64,000 nucleotides of DNA from Bacilli bacterium (GTDB lineage: Bacteria > Bacillota_I > Bacilli_A > Izemoplasmatales > Izemoplasmataceae), in contig JAFGXW010000122.1 of the NCBI GenBank assembly GCA_016936415.1, positions 16,269-80,268 of the forward strand, written 5' to 3'. Below the pieces are notes generated by a model. The model had not been told where the DNA came from, made no database searches, and saw only the letters and a list, made by a program, of their open reading frames with translations. Below are positions 9,362 through 18,179 of this stretch, one piece after another (positions within the stretch are counted from its first letter, which is position 1; the number at the start of each line of letters is the position of its first letter). The position numbers and the translations under genes are program-made.

Positions 9362-9622
9362 TTATTTATTTTCTTTTTGTGATTTGAATCCGGCTTTTGT
9401 AAAAAGATTTTTTACTGTGTCCGTAGGTTGTGCACCTTCAGCTAACCACTTTTGTGCTTTCTCTTCATCAATTTTCACAGTTGCTGGCTCTGTAGTAGGG
9501 TTATAGGTACCTACTATTTCAAGGTATCTACCATCTCTAGGACTTCTTGAATCAGCTGCTACTAATCTATAGAAAGGACGTTTTTTTGAACCATATCTTT
9601 GTAATCTAATTTTTACTGCCAT
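9362..9622 (-). CDS. rpsP: 30S ribosomal protein S16
   Basis: [35 protein letters not shown] is canonical S16. Confidence 0.95.
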   Translation of the reverse strand: MAVKIRLQRYGSKKRPFYRLVAADSRSPRDGRYLEIVGTYNPTTEPATVKIDEEKAQKWLAEGAQPTDTVKNLFTKAGFKSQKENK

Positions 9623-9674
9623 GTTTTTTCCTCCTCAATAATATTTTCAACTATCAAAGTATATCATTAGAATT

Positions 9675-9932
9675 TTAAGTTGTCAAGTCTTTTTCCTTGA
9701 CACTAAAATCTAATTGATATTCCGAATCATCTTGAAGCGATTCTTCTACTCTTCTTACTAGTTTTAATTTCCCTAATTGCTCTGAAACACTTTCGATATC
9801 TTCTTCATTCAGATAAATAATAGCGTACTTCCCTTTTTTAGTATAATACTTTATTTCACCAAATTCAGCAATTTGTTTCACCGCTTTAGGACTTCTAAAA
9901 TATACAATAACGCTTTTTCTCTTCTTAACCAT
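9675..9932 (-). CDS. ylbG: UPF0298 (YlbG-like) protein
   Basis: Size and the pattern VIVYFRSPKAVKQIAEFGEIKYYTKKGKYAIIYLNEED resemble B. subtilis YlbG. It is adjacent to a YlbF-like gene, as in Bacillus. Confidence 0.6.
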   Translation of the reverse strand: MVKKRKSVIVYFRSPKAVKQIAEFGEIKYYTKKGKYAIIYLNEEDIESVSEQLGKLKLVRRVEESLQDDSEYQLDFSVKEKDLTT

Positions 9933-9946
9933 TATTCAAAACTCCT

Positions 9947-10327
9947 TTAATGTTTGTTGATCAGACCAATCTCATTAGGATATCTAATTTTTGGTGATAC
10001 AGTTTGTGCGATTTTTCTCGAGATTTCATCCAATGTTTTCTGTAATTCTTTTTCAAGTTGTTTGTACTCCTGGACTACAGGATGATTATACAATCTTTCT
10101 TTTGTCTGTGCTAGCGTAATCTTTAGATGTTTCAAATCTGGATGATATTCACCATATACAGATGCTTCTGTATATTTCGATTTTATCTCATTAAATTCTA
10201 TCATTAATGTATTGAGTGTTAAATCGTGATCTATCAATTGTTTCAATTCCAATAATCTGATATAGTTTTTTAAAGATTTTATTTCGGAAACTAATTCATC
10301 AACTGCGTTGTAAATTATATTATTCAT
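9947..10327 (-). CDS. ylbF: YlbF/YmcA-family (RicF-like) helical protein
   Basis: ~125-aa helical protein upstream of the ylbG-like gene. The call rests mainly on synteny and composition. Confidence 0.5.
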   Translation of the reverse strand: MNNIIYNAVDELVSEIKSLKNYIRLLELKQLIDHDLTLNTLMIEFNEIKSKYTEASVYGEYHPDLKHLKITLAQTKERLYNHPVVQEYKQLEKELQKTLDEISRKIAQTVSPKIRYPNEIGLINKH

Positions 10328-10450
10328 GGTATCACCTATTATTAAGTATATCGGTATTGAAATATTGTTTCAAGTAAAATATACTTAATTCAATTCTGAA
10401 TATGATACAGCATTGATTAATTTTCTTCAAAATATACTTTACAACATTGT

Positions 10451-10479
10451 TTGACACATACATTCAGTACCTTTATAAT
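10451..10479 (+). promoter_or_regulatory. Consensus sigmaA promoter TTGACA-17-TATAAT
   Basis: Perfect -35 (10451-10456) and -10 (10474-10479) with a 17-nt spacer, 45 nt upstream of the 10524 start. Confidence 0.65.
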
Positions 10480-10523
10480 GAAAGTGGTAAATAAATAATG
10501 CACAAAAGAAAGAAGAGTTATAG

Positions 10524-11720
10524 ATGAAAAAGACAAAAATATTTATTACCTTATTTCTATTTATTTTATTCTCAATAATTAGCACAAAAAGTATATTTGC
10601 TGTTGAACATAAAGTGATTTATTTTAAGGAAGCAACGTGTTCTGTTTGCAATCTTCTTGCAGGGTATCCTGATGGTCCTGCAGGAGACTATAATCCAGAT
10701 ATTGATTATCTACTAATCATGGAGAATCAAGGGATTACAGTTGAAATTCACGACATTTTAGAAAGCAGTATCGAAAGTGATTTATTTGCTGCGTATAATA
10801 CAAGTTATGGTATTACAAAAAGCGAAGCAGGGGTACCTATTGTTTTTGCTGGTAACCAATACTTTCAAGGATATGATGATATAAAGAATGCAGTAAACGA
10901 TCAAACCATCTATAGTCTAAGTGCAACATCTTTAAACGATATCGTCATAATTGAAGGGCAGATATTTGATGACATCACTGGAATAGCTGGTTTTCTTACA
11001 GTATTATTTGCCGGTTTCCTTGATGGTTTCAATCCATGCGCCATTGCAATGTTGCTTTTATTTGTTAGTTTATTAGGATTTAGTGAGAACAAAAGAGTCT
11101 TAATTTTAGTAAGTATTACTTATATTTTCGCGTTATTTATCTCATACTTTTTAATTGGAACTCTGTTCTTAAGTTTCTTGACCACATACGCTCAACAAGC
11201 ACTTATAATCAATAAAATAATCAGTTGGTTTGTCGCACTACTTTGTAGTTTCTTGTTTTTATTCAATCTTTATGATTATTTTGTTACAAAGCGACAAGAT
11301 TACGCAAAAGTCAAAAATCAATTACCTAAGTGGGTTCAGAAATATAATAAAAAATTGATAAAGGCTTTCACTGGAATCATTAATGATAAGGAAAACAAAA
11401 AAGGTCTTATTGCAGTTTTAGCTTTAACGTTTATTTTAGGTATTTTACTTAGTGTTACAGAATTAATCTGTACCGGTCAAATATATTTAGGAATCTTGTA
11501 TGGCATACATTACTTAAGTAATACCTATGCCTACATCGCCTTACTTGCTTACAATCTAATGTTTGTATTACCATTAATTGCAATTGCCGTAATAGCAATC
11601 AGAGGAAAAGGCGTTATGTCTACCAGCAACTTTATAAGAGAACATCTACATATTATAAAATTACTAAATGCTTTATTATTCTTGACTATCGCAGTTTATT
11701 ACTTTTATCGTATATTTTAG
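10524..11720 (+). CDS. Membrane thiol-disulfide oxidoreductase-like protein: secreted CxxC domain fused to a CcdA/DsbD-type transmembrane domain
   Basis: Signal peptide and a CSVC motif in the N-terminal ~150 aa. TM core carries FLDGFNPCAIAML and ELICTGQIYL, the two-Cys pattern of the DsbD/CcdA family. Confidence 0.6.
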   Translation: MKKTKIFITLFLFILFSIISTKSIFAVEHKVIYFKEATCSVCNLLAGYPDGPAGDYNPDIDYLLIMENQGITVEIHDILESSIESDLFAAYNTSYGITKSEAGVPIVFAGNQYFQGYDDIKNAVNDQTIYSLSATSLNDIVIIEGQIFDDITGIAGFLTVLFAGFLDGFNPCAIAMLLLFVSLLGFSENKRVLILVSITYIFALFISYFLIGTLFLSFLTTYAQQALIINKIISWFVALLCSFLFLFNLYDYFVTKRQDYAKVKNQLPKWVQKYNKKLIKAFTGIINDKENKKGLIAVLALTFILGILLSVTELICTGQIYLGILYGIHYLSNTYAYIALLAYNLMFVLPLIAIAVIAIRGKGVMSTSNFIREHLHIIKLLNALLFLTIAVYYFYRIF

Positions 11721-11729
11721 GAGGTTCAT

Positions 11730-12020
11730 ATGAAAGAAAAAGTGATTGTTAAACGTGATTCTATGGTCTTATTCAATGGTGGAATTCTCGATATCCCAAT
11801 CAAAGAAAAAGCAATAATCGAAAAGAGCATCGAAGTATTTGGCGATGATGATCCGTGCATCATTCATCAATCATATGTCATCAAAGAACTTGTAATGATT
11901 TTGATCAATATTTTCAAGAAATCAAACGCAAAGAAAATCTTTGTAGAGTCATATCTTTCTGAGTTATCGTTTTTAAATTTTGAAGATATATCAACTATTT
12001 CAATCGAATTAGTGGGGTGA
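11730..12020 (+). CDS. Hypothetical 96-aa protein
   Basis: Strong AGGAGG 6 nt upstream of the ATG, tightly packed between the flanking genes. I recognise no motif. Confidence 0.5.
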   Translation: MKEKVIVKRDSMVLFNGGILDIPIKEKAIIEKSIEVFGDDDPCIIHQSYVIKELVMILINIFKKSNAKKIFVESYLSELSFLNFEDISTISIELVG

Positions 12021-12024
12021 GAAG

Positions 12025-13164
12025 ATGAATGTTTATTTGGATAACGCTTCAACTACCGGTGTATCAAAAGAAGTTCTAGAAGCAATGTTGCCTTATTTTC
12101 AAGACGATTTTGGAAATCCTTCTAGTTTACATGATAAAGGGATTCAAGTGAGAAAGGTAATCAACCAATCAAGAAGCACAATTGCTGATTTGCTTCATTG
12201 TGATAAAAGTGAAATTTACTTTACAAGTGGGGGAACAGAATCTATCAACTGGGCAATAAAAGGTATTGCTTTTCAGGACACTGAAAAATACGAAATCATC
12301 ACAACTCCTATCGAACATCACGCAACACTTAATACTTGTGAATTCTTAGAAAAAATGGGATACGTTATTACCTATGCACAAGTAGACGAGAAAGGTTTTA
12401 TTGATTTAGATAACCTAGCAAGTTTGATTAATCCTGGTACTTTATTGGTTAGTGTCATTATGGCAAACAATGAAATTGGCACCATTCAAAACATCGAGGA
12501 AATCAGTAAACTTTGCCAAACATATAATACTTATTTACACGTAGATGCTGTGCAAGCAGTATCACATATAGAAATTGATTTAAGAAAATTGAACGTGGAT
12601 TTACTGAGTATATCAGGTCATAAATTTCACGCACCAAAAGGAATCGGTGTATTGTATATTAAAAATGGAACAAATATTCAAAATTTAATACATGGTGGTC
12701 AACAAGAATTAAATCATAGGGCTGGCACTGAAAATGTACCATACATTGTCGGCATCACAAAGGCAATGGAAATCGGAATCAAAAAGATTGATATGTACAA
12801 CGAACGTTTATACAACTATTCACAAGTACTACTCGCAGAACTTGATGATGCAGGAATAAAATATCATCTTAATGGACCAGAAATTGGCGTTCATCGTCTT
12901 CCCGGAAATTTAAATCTATCTTTCAAAGGAATCGACGGTCCAGTATTGACCTATCTATTAAATAAACGTGGAATATACGTTTCAAATGGAAGTGCATGTG
13001 ATAGTAAATCTATTGAAGTGTCTCACGTGATTAAAGCCATTAATGTTAATCCTGATTATATCAATTCTACCATAAGAATTTCTATTGGATCAGAAACAAC
13101 ACTTGAACAAATAACCTATGCCACAAGAGTTATCATTGACACCATTAAAGAACAATTAAATTAA
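12025..13164 (+). CDS. Cysteine desulfurase (NifS/IscS class V aminotransferase)
   Basis: PLP-lysine motif SGHKFHAPKG, catalytic loop SNGSACDS and YLDNASTT at the N-terminus. Confidence 0.9.
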   Translation: MNVYLDNASTTGVSKEVLEAMLPYFQDDFGNPSSLHDKGIQVRKVINQSRSTIADLLHCDKSEIYFTSGGTESINWAIKGIAFQDTEKYEIITTPIEHHATLNTCEFLEKMGYVITYAQVDEKGFIDLDNLASLINPGTLLVSVIMANNEIGTIQNIEEISKLCQTYNTYLHVDAVQAVSHIEIDLRKLNVDLLSISGHKFHAPKGIGVLYIKNGTNIQNLIHGGQQELNHRAGTENVPYIVGITKAMEIGIKKIDMYNERLYNYSQVLLAELDDAGIKYHLNGPEIGVHRLPGNLNLSFKGIDGPVLTYLLNKRGIYVSNGSACDSKSIEVSHVIKAINVNPDYINSTIRISIGSETTLEQITYATRVIIDTIKEQLN

Positions 13165-13166
13165 TA

Positions 13167-13202
13167 ATGCATCTCACTTTTGAAAGTGAGATGCATTTTT
13201 TA
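13167..13202 (+). terminator. Terminator after the cysteine desulfurase gene
   Basis: 14-bp stem atgcatctcacttt/aaagtgagatgcat followed by ttttt. Confidence 0.85.
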
Positions 13203-13886
13203 TATTTCATATTCGGTTATCTCTTTAAAACTTCCTAATTCAAGTTCTTCATCAAGCTCAATATTACCAATTCCTACGCGTCGAAGATACGTTACTTTAT
13301 TACTAAAGTATTCCACCATTCTTTTCACTTGATGAAATTTACCCTCTTTGATTGATAAATAGAAAGAAGTTTCAGTGATTTGTTCAACAAATGGTATGGC
13401 AGGATGAAAGGGTTCATCTTTCCCATCTAAAATTACAAAGTCTTGTAATAGTTTTTTACTATCGAACTTTGATTGTACTTCAACATAATATTTTTTATAA
13501 ACATCTTTATGTGGAGAGATAATATGATGCAATAGATTTCCGTTATCTGTTAGTAATAGTAGCCCCTCAGTGTCAATATCAAGTCTACCTGCTATTTTTA
13601 GGTCTAATCTTTGATAAGACTCATCCAATAAATCAAAGACAGTAGGATGCAATCCATCCTTGTTTGCACTAACATACCCTGCGGGTTTATTCATCATAAT
13701 TAAAATATTTTCTTTATAAACTACCTGTTCTCCTTTATAAACCACTTCGTCTATCAGGGGATTCACTTGAAAATTTGGACTTGTTATAATCTCACGATTT
13801 ACTAAAACAGCTTTCGCTTTCAAATCTTTTTGAATTTCAGTTCTCGTTCCATATTTTAAATTTGACAAAAAGCGATCAATTCTCAT
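13200..13886 (-). CDS. RsuA/RluB-family rRNA pseudouridine synthase (S4 domain + catalytic domain)
   Basis: N-terminal S4 (MRIDRFLSNLKYGTR) and the catalytic Asp motif GRLDIDTEGLLLLT. Confidence 0.9.
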   Translation of the reverse strand: MRIDRFLSNLKYGTRTEIQKDLKAKAVLVNREIITSPNFQVNPLIDEVVYKGEQVVYKENILIMMNKPAGYVSANKDGLHPTVFDLLDESYQRLDLKIAGRLDIDTEGLLLLTDNGNLLHHIISPHKDVYKKYYVEVQSKFDSKKLLQDFVILDGKDEPFHPAIPFVEQITETSFYLSIKEGKFHQVKRMVEYFSNKVTYLRRVGIGNIELDEELELGSFKEITEYEI

Positions 13887-13944
13887 TTTCTCACCTCATC
13901 TTCTTATAAATTATAGTATCGAATCAAGTTTATGTAAAGCCATT

Positions 13945-13977
13945 TAAAAACAAAAAAGTAGGATTTCGTCCTACTTT
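13945..13977 (-). terminator. Terminator after the pfk / UPF0223 unit
   Basis: Stem aaagtagga/tcctacttt with loop tttcg and an A-run on the plus strand to its left. Confidence 0.75.
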
Positions 13978-14210
13978 ACGTTTTTTAAGGTTTTATATAT
14001 TGAATAACCAGATATTTTTTCAAACTCTTTCTCCATTTGTTTTTCTAAGGATACAGAATTAATTATCTGACGATATTCGTTATAAGTTTTCAATAATTTT
14101 TGAACATCGACTGTTCCTTCGTTTGCATCTTCAATTAATGAAAAGAATTCAACCAAAGTAATGATTTCTTCTTGTGTAAATAAATCATAATCGATTGGAT
14201 AAGAGTACAT
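13971..14210 (-). CDS. UPF0223 (YktA-like) protein
   Basis: MYSYPIDYDLFTQEEIITLVEFF resembles the UPF0223 family. ATG 14210 has GGAG 6 nt upstream and sits 1 nt after the pfk stop. Confidence 0.6.
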   Translation of the reverse strand: MYSYPIDYDLFTQEEIITLVEFFSLIEDANEGTVDVQKLLKTYNEYRQIINSVSLEKQMEKEFEKISGYSIYKTLKNVK

Positions 14211-14211
14211 C

Positions 14212-15339
14212 TTAGTCTCCAAAACTAATTCCGATTGCTTTTGCAGCTTGAACGAATTGTCCTTCTGGATCTACTTGTTTTCCTCCACCTTTTGAAGTTT
14301 CTCCGACTTCTCCAGAACCAACAACTTCATCAAGAGGTATGGATGTAATTTTACGACCACGCAATTGAACCATACGTCCAGAACCACCTGACATTAATAA
14401 ATCCACAGCATTAACACCAAATAATAATCCTAACGCTCTATCAAATTGAGACGTGATTCCTCCACGTTGAATATATGCTAAGTTTGTATAACGCACTTCA
14501 TGTTCTGGGATTAATTTTTGAAGTTGAGAAGCAATTACACTTCCAATTCCACCTAAACGAACACTGTCAGGACTATCTTCAACGATTTCTCTAACAGTTA
14601 CTTCTCCGCCAAGAGGTTTTGCTCCTTCACTAACTACAATGATAGAGAAGTTACGACCAAATGCATCTCTTTGTTTAATTTTATCTACAACTTTATTAAT
14701 ATCATATGGTATTTCAGGGATTAGAATAACATCTCCACTACCAGCTAATCCACCCTCTAAAGCCAACCAACCTGAGTTACGACCCATTACTTCTACAACC
14801 ATAACACGGTCATGTGAATAAGCTGTTGTGTGAATTTTATCCAATGCATCTGTGATAGTTTCAAGTGAAGTATTATATCCAAAAGTTACGTCAGTAGCTG
14901 GCAAATCGTTATCAATTGTTTTTGGAACTCCAACTACAGGGATTCCTTTACGATGAAAATCACGAGCACTTGTTAACGTTCCGTCTCCACCAATTACAAT
15001 TAAAGCATCGACACCTAAATATTTTAAATTTTGAACAGCTTCATCTGATACATCTTTGTATTCATATGACCCATCATCATTACGAACACGTAAATTGAAC
15101 AAGTTATCTTTATTTGATGATTTTAAAATCGTACCACCCTCATGCAAAATACCTGAGACAGCTCTCAAGTCAAGTGGACGATATGTATTGTGATATAATC
15201 CTGAATATCCTTTTGTAAAACCGACTACTTCTAGCCCATATTTATTCACAGCACATTTCGTAATTCCGTTAATTACAGCGTTAAGACCACTACAGTCTCC
15301 TCCACCAGTTATGATACCTATTTTTCTGATTTCTTTCAT
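14212..15339 (-). CDS. pfkA: 6-phosphofructokinase (PfkA family; phosphoryl donor not assignable from sequence)
   Basis: GGGDCSGLNA, IGGDGT, PKTIDND and MGR motifs. Confidence 0.9.
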   Translation of the reverse strand: MKEIRKIGIITGGGDCSGLNAVINGITKCAVNKYGLEVVGFTKGYSGLYHNTYRPLDLRAVSGILHEGGTILKSSNKDNLFNLRVRNDDGSYEYKDVSDEAVQNLKYLGVDALIVIGGDGTLTSARDFHRKGIPVVGVPKTIDNDLPATDVTFGYNTSLETITDALDKIHTTAYSHDRVMVVEVMGRNSGWLALEGGLAGSGDVILIPEIPYDINKVVDKIKQRDAFGRNFSIIVVSEGAKPLGGEVTVREIVEDSPDSVRLGGIGSVIASQLQKLIPEHEVRYTNLAYIQRGGITSQFDRALGLLFGVNAVDLLMSGGSGRMVQLRGRKITSIPLDEVVGSGEVGETSKGGGKQVDPEGQFVQAAKAIGISFGD

Positions 15340-15368
15340 TTAGTTACCTCCAATAAATAATCATTTAT

Positions 15369-15397
15369 ATTATACGTTATTTATATCACATAGTAAA
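15369..15397 (-). promoter_or_regulatory. Putative pfk promoter TTTACT-17-TATAAT
   Basis: -10 at 15369-15374 and -35 at 15392-15397 on the minus strand. Confidence 0.45.
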
Positions 15398-15411
15398 CAC
15401 AAACGCTAATT

Positions 15412-15425
15412 TGAAAACGTTTTAC
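15412..15425. promoter_or_regulatory. cre-like half-palindrome TGAAAACGTTTTAC
   Basis: 12/14 match to TGWAANCGNTNWCA, with a perfect left half. Lies 14 nt upstream of the putative pfk -35. Confidence 0.3.
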
Positions 15426-15523
15426 TTTCATTTTTGTGCACATAGACCAAAATCACAAAAATATAATTTTGTTTTGTTTTATTCTTTTGAAACATTTTGA
15501 TATAATACATTTGAGGTGGTTTC

Positions 15524-16132
15524 ATGTTAACAATGAAAGATGTAATTAGAGAAGGTCATCCAACTCTATTATTAAAAGCAAAAGAAGTAAATTTACCGCT
15601 TGGTAAAAAGGATGAAAAAACATTAAAATTAATGATGGAATTTTTAGAAAACTCGCAAAACCCTGAAATCAGTGAAGAATATGAGTTAAGACCTGGTGTC
15701 GGACTTGCTGCACCACAAATAAATATCTCAAAAAGAATGATTGCTGTTTTAACAATGGATGAGCGTAATGAGCAACTATACAAATTGTTACTCGTTAACC
15801 CAAAAATCATTAGCCATAGTATTGCAAAAACATATATTGATGGTGGTGAAGGTTGTCTTAGTGTAGACCGTGAAGTTGAAGGTTTGGTGCCAAGACATAA
15901 AAAAATCACAGTTAGAACTCATGTTTATCATCCTGAAACAGGCGAGCTAACCTTTGCTGAAATGAAATTTGTTGGATTTTTAGCAGTTGTAATCCAACAT
16001 GAAATCGATCACTTGAACGGCGTATTGTTTGTTGATAGAGTCGTTGAACAATTGGATAATGCAGAACCAGTCGTATTTGTTGGTTTTGAAGAAAATATTG
16101 AACTAGATATAGAAAAAGAAAGCGAAAAATAG
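15524..16132 (+). CDS. def: Peptide deformylase
   Basis: GVGLAAPQ, EGCLS and HEIDHLNG motifs. GAGGTGG lies upstream. Confidence 0.95.
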   Translation: MLTMKDVIREGHPTLLLKAKEVNLPLGKKDEKTLKLMMEFLENSQNPEISEEYELRPGVGLAAPQINISKRMIAVLTMDERNEQLYKLLLVNPKIISHSIAKTYIDGGEGCLSVDREVEGLVPRHKKITVRTHVYHPETGELTFAEMKFVGFLAVVIQHEIDHLNGVLFVDRVVEQLDNAEPVVFVGFEENIELDIEKESEK

Positions 16133-16141
16133 GGGGAAATT

Positions 16142-16795
16142 ATGAAATTATTTATTGACACAGCAAACGTAGAACACATTAAAGAAATGGCAGAATGGGG
16201 AATCATATCAGGCGTTACAACAAATCCCACATTAATTGCAAAAGAAGGAAGAGATTTCAACGAAGTAATCAAAGAAATCACAAGTATTGTTGATGGTCCA
16301 ATTAGTGGAGAAGTAATTAGTTTGGATGCTGTTGGTATGATTACAGAAGGAATTGAAATCAGCAAAATCCATCCAAATATGGTTGTTAAAATCCCAATGA
16401 CAGACCAAGGATTAAAAGCAGTTAAAGCATTAACCAACCTTGGAATCAAAACAAATGTAACTTTAGTATTTAGTGTAAATCAAGCGTTAATGGCTGCCAC
16501 AGCTGGAGCTACATATGTCAGTCCATTTGTTGGGCGTTTAGAAGATACACTTCACGATGGAATTCAAGTAGTTAGTGAGATCAGAGATGTATTTGACACA
16601 TATGGTTTTGATACAGAAATCATTAGTGCAAGCATTCGTACTCCTAAACAAATGGCAGATAGCGCACTAGCTGGTGCACACATTGCGACGGTTCCATATG
16701 CTGTCTTACAAAAAGCCGTGAAACATCCATTAACAGATTCAGGAATTGCTACTTTTATCAAAGACTGGGAAGCAGTCTTCGGTGAAAAAAAATAG
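16142..16795 (+). CDS. Short-type transaldolase / fructose-6-phosphate aldolase
   Basis: 217 aa, with [15 protein letters not shown]...GVTTNPTL and KIP motifs of the TalC/Fsa class. Confidence 0.85.
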   Translation: MKLFIDTANVEHIKEMAEWGIISGVTTNPTLIAKEGRDFNEVIKEITSIVDGPISGEVISLDAVGMITEGIEISKIHPNMVVKIPMTDQGLKAVKALTNLGIKTNVTLVFSVNQALMAATAGATYVSPFVGRLEDTLHDGIQVVSEIRDVFDTYGFDTEIISASIRTPKQMADSALAGAHIATVPYAVLQKAVKHPLTDSGIATFIKDWEAVFGEKK

Positions 16796-16823
16796 TACAT
16801 TGGCAACATAGAATTTCCTAATT

Positions 16824-16853
16824 AAAAAAACCCTCAAATTATTGAGGGTTTTT
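16824..16853. terminator. Bidirectional terminator between tal (+) and the sugar operon (-)
   Basis: Stem accctcaa/ttgagggt, flanked by an A-run and a T-run. Confidence 0.8.
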
Positions 16854-16864
16854 AAATGTAAATA

Positions 16865-18130
16865 CTAACCTAAATTTTCGATAGCTGCTGTAACTTGTGC
16901 AATGAATTCTGTTTTAGTGATTCCACCACTTGCTCCAGCTACACCTTTTGCAAATAATTCGTAGATAGGTCCAACTACTTCCATACCAAATCCACTAGGC
17001 ATATCATTTTGCCACCATGCATATGCATTACCAGCTTGATTCCATTCCATAACCAATGCGCTTAATGGAGTAGAAGGTACTAATGTAACTGCATTAAATG
17101 CTGGAACCATGTGTGCTTGATTAACCATGTAGTCATGTCCTTCAGCTGTAGAAGCTAAATCATTCAAGAATGCTTTTGCATCAGCTTCAGAATCTGTATC
17201 TTTGTTAATTACATAATAAGAAGGTGCTCCAATGAATAATGAAGTATTTCCTGTAGTTAATGTTGCATGAGGAGCATATCCAAATTCAAAATCAGAATTT
17301 GTATAACTTGAATCTGTCCAGTTTCCTTGATGTAGGAATGCAGCTTCTCCAGCAGCAAATTTACCAACTTGTTCATCGTATCCACCAGATAATAAAATTG
17401 TTTCGTCAGACCAAGTAAATAATAACTCTACCCAATCAGCTAATTGAGCTAATCTAGAAGCATCAACTTCACCATTATTAAGTTTGTCGATAACAGTAGA
17501 ATCATTATATGCCAAACCAGATGATAAGTAACCATTAAAGTTATGTAATCCTGTTACCCAAGTCATACCACTAGCTGCAGCCATTGAAACAACTGCATAG
17601 TCTGACATTGATGCATTACCATCGTAATAAGCTTGAATTGCTTGGAATGCTGCTAAGTAACCAGCTTGAGAAGTTAATGTAGCAGGATCAACACCAGCTG
17701 CAGTAAGAATATCAGCATTGTATGCCATACCCCAACCTTCAACTGCTACTGGGAAACCATAAGTTTTTCCATCAACAACAAATTCTAAATCTGTGTCGCT
17801 AGCCCATGCTTCACCAGTTACATCTAAAATCTTATCTGCGTAAATATTGTACCCACCCATACCTTCGATAACGAAGATGTCAGGTTGTTCATCAGCTTGG
17901 AATTCAGCTAAAATTTGTGTTCCGTAAGCACAAGTGTCTCCACCACAAGTTTTTACTTCAACATTAACACCGTTAGCTTCTCCCCACGCTTCAGCGTAAG
18001 TTCTCAAAACTTCGTCGATTTCAACTTTGTTTTGATAGATTACTAAAGTCTTTTCTGAGGCTTTACAAGCCGTCATTGTGAAAATTACTGTAAATAAACC
18101 TAAAACTAATAATAATTTTTTCAATTTCAT
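16865..18130 (-). CDS. Sugar ABC transporter substrate-binding lipoprotein (CUT1 type)
   Basis: Lipobox FTMTAC. ~420 aa with Trp/Tyr-rich family-1 SBP composition. Last gene of the operon. Confidence 0.8.
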   Translation of the reverse strand: MKLKKLLLVLGLFTVIFTMTACKASEKTLVIYQNKVEIDEVLRTYAEAWGEANGVNVEVKTCGGDTCAYGTQILAEFQADEQPDIFVIEGMGGYNIYADKILDVTGEAWASDTDLEFVVDGKTYGFPVAVEGWGMAYNADILTAAGVDPATLTSQAGYLAAFQAIQAYYDGNASMSDYAVVSMAAASGMTWVTGLHNFNGYLSSGLAYNDSTVIDKLNNGEVDASRLAQLADWVELLFTWSDETILLSGGYDEQVGKFAAGEAAFLHQGNWTDSSYTNSDFEFGYAPHATLTTGNTSLFIGAPSYYVINKDTDSEADAKAFLNDLASTAEGHDYMVNQAHMVPAFNAVTLVPSTPLSALVMEWNQAGNAYAWWQNDMPSGFGMEVVGPIYELFAKGVAGASGGITKTEFIAQVTAAIENLG

Positions 18131-18179
18131 TTCCTCCTATTTTTTATTTTTAATTAATTAAAATTAAAATTGAAAACCG

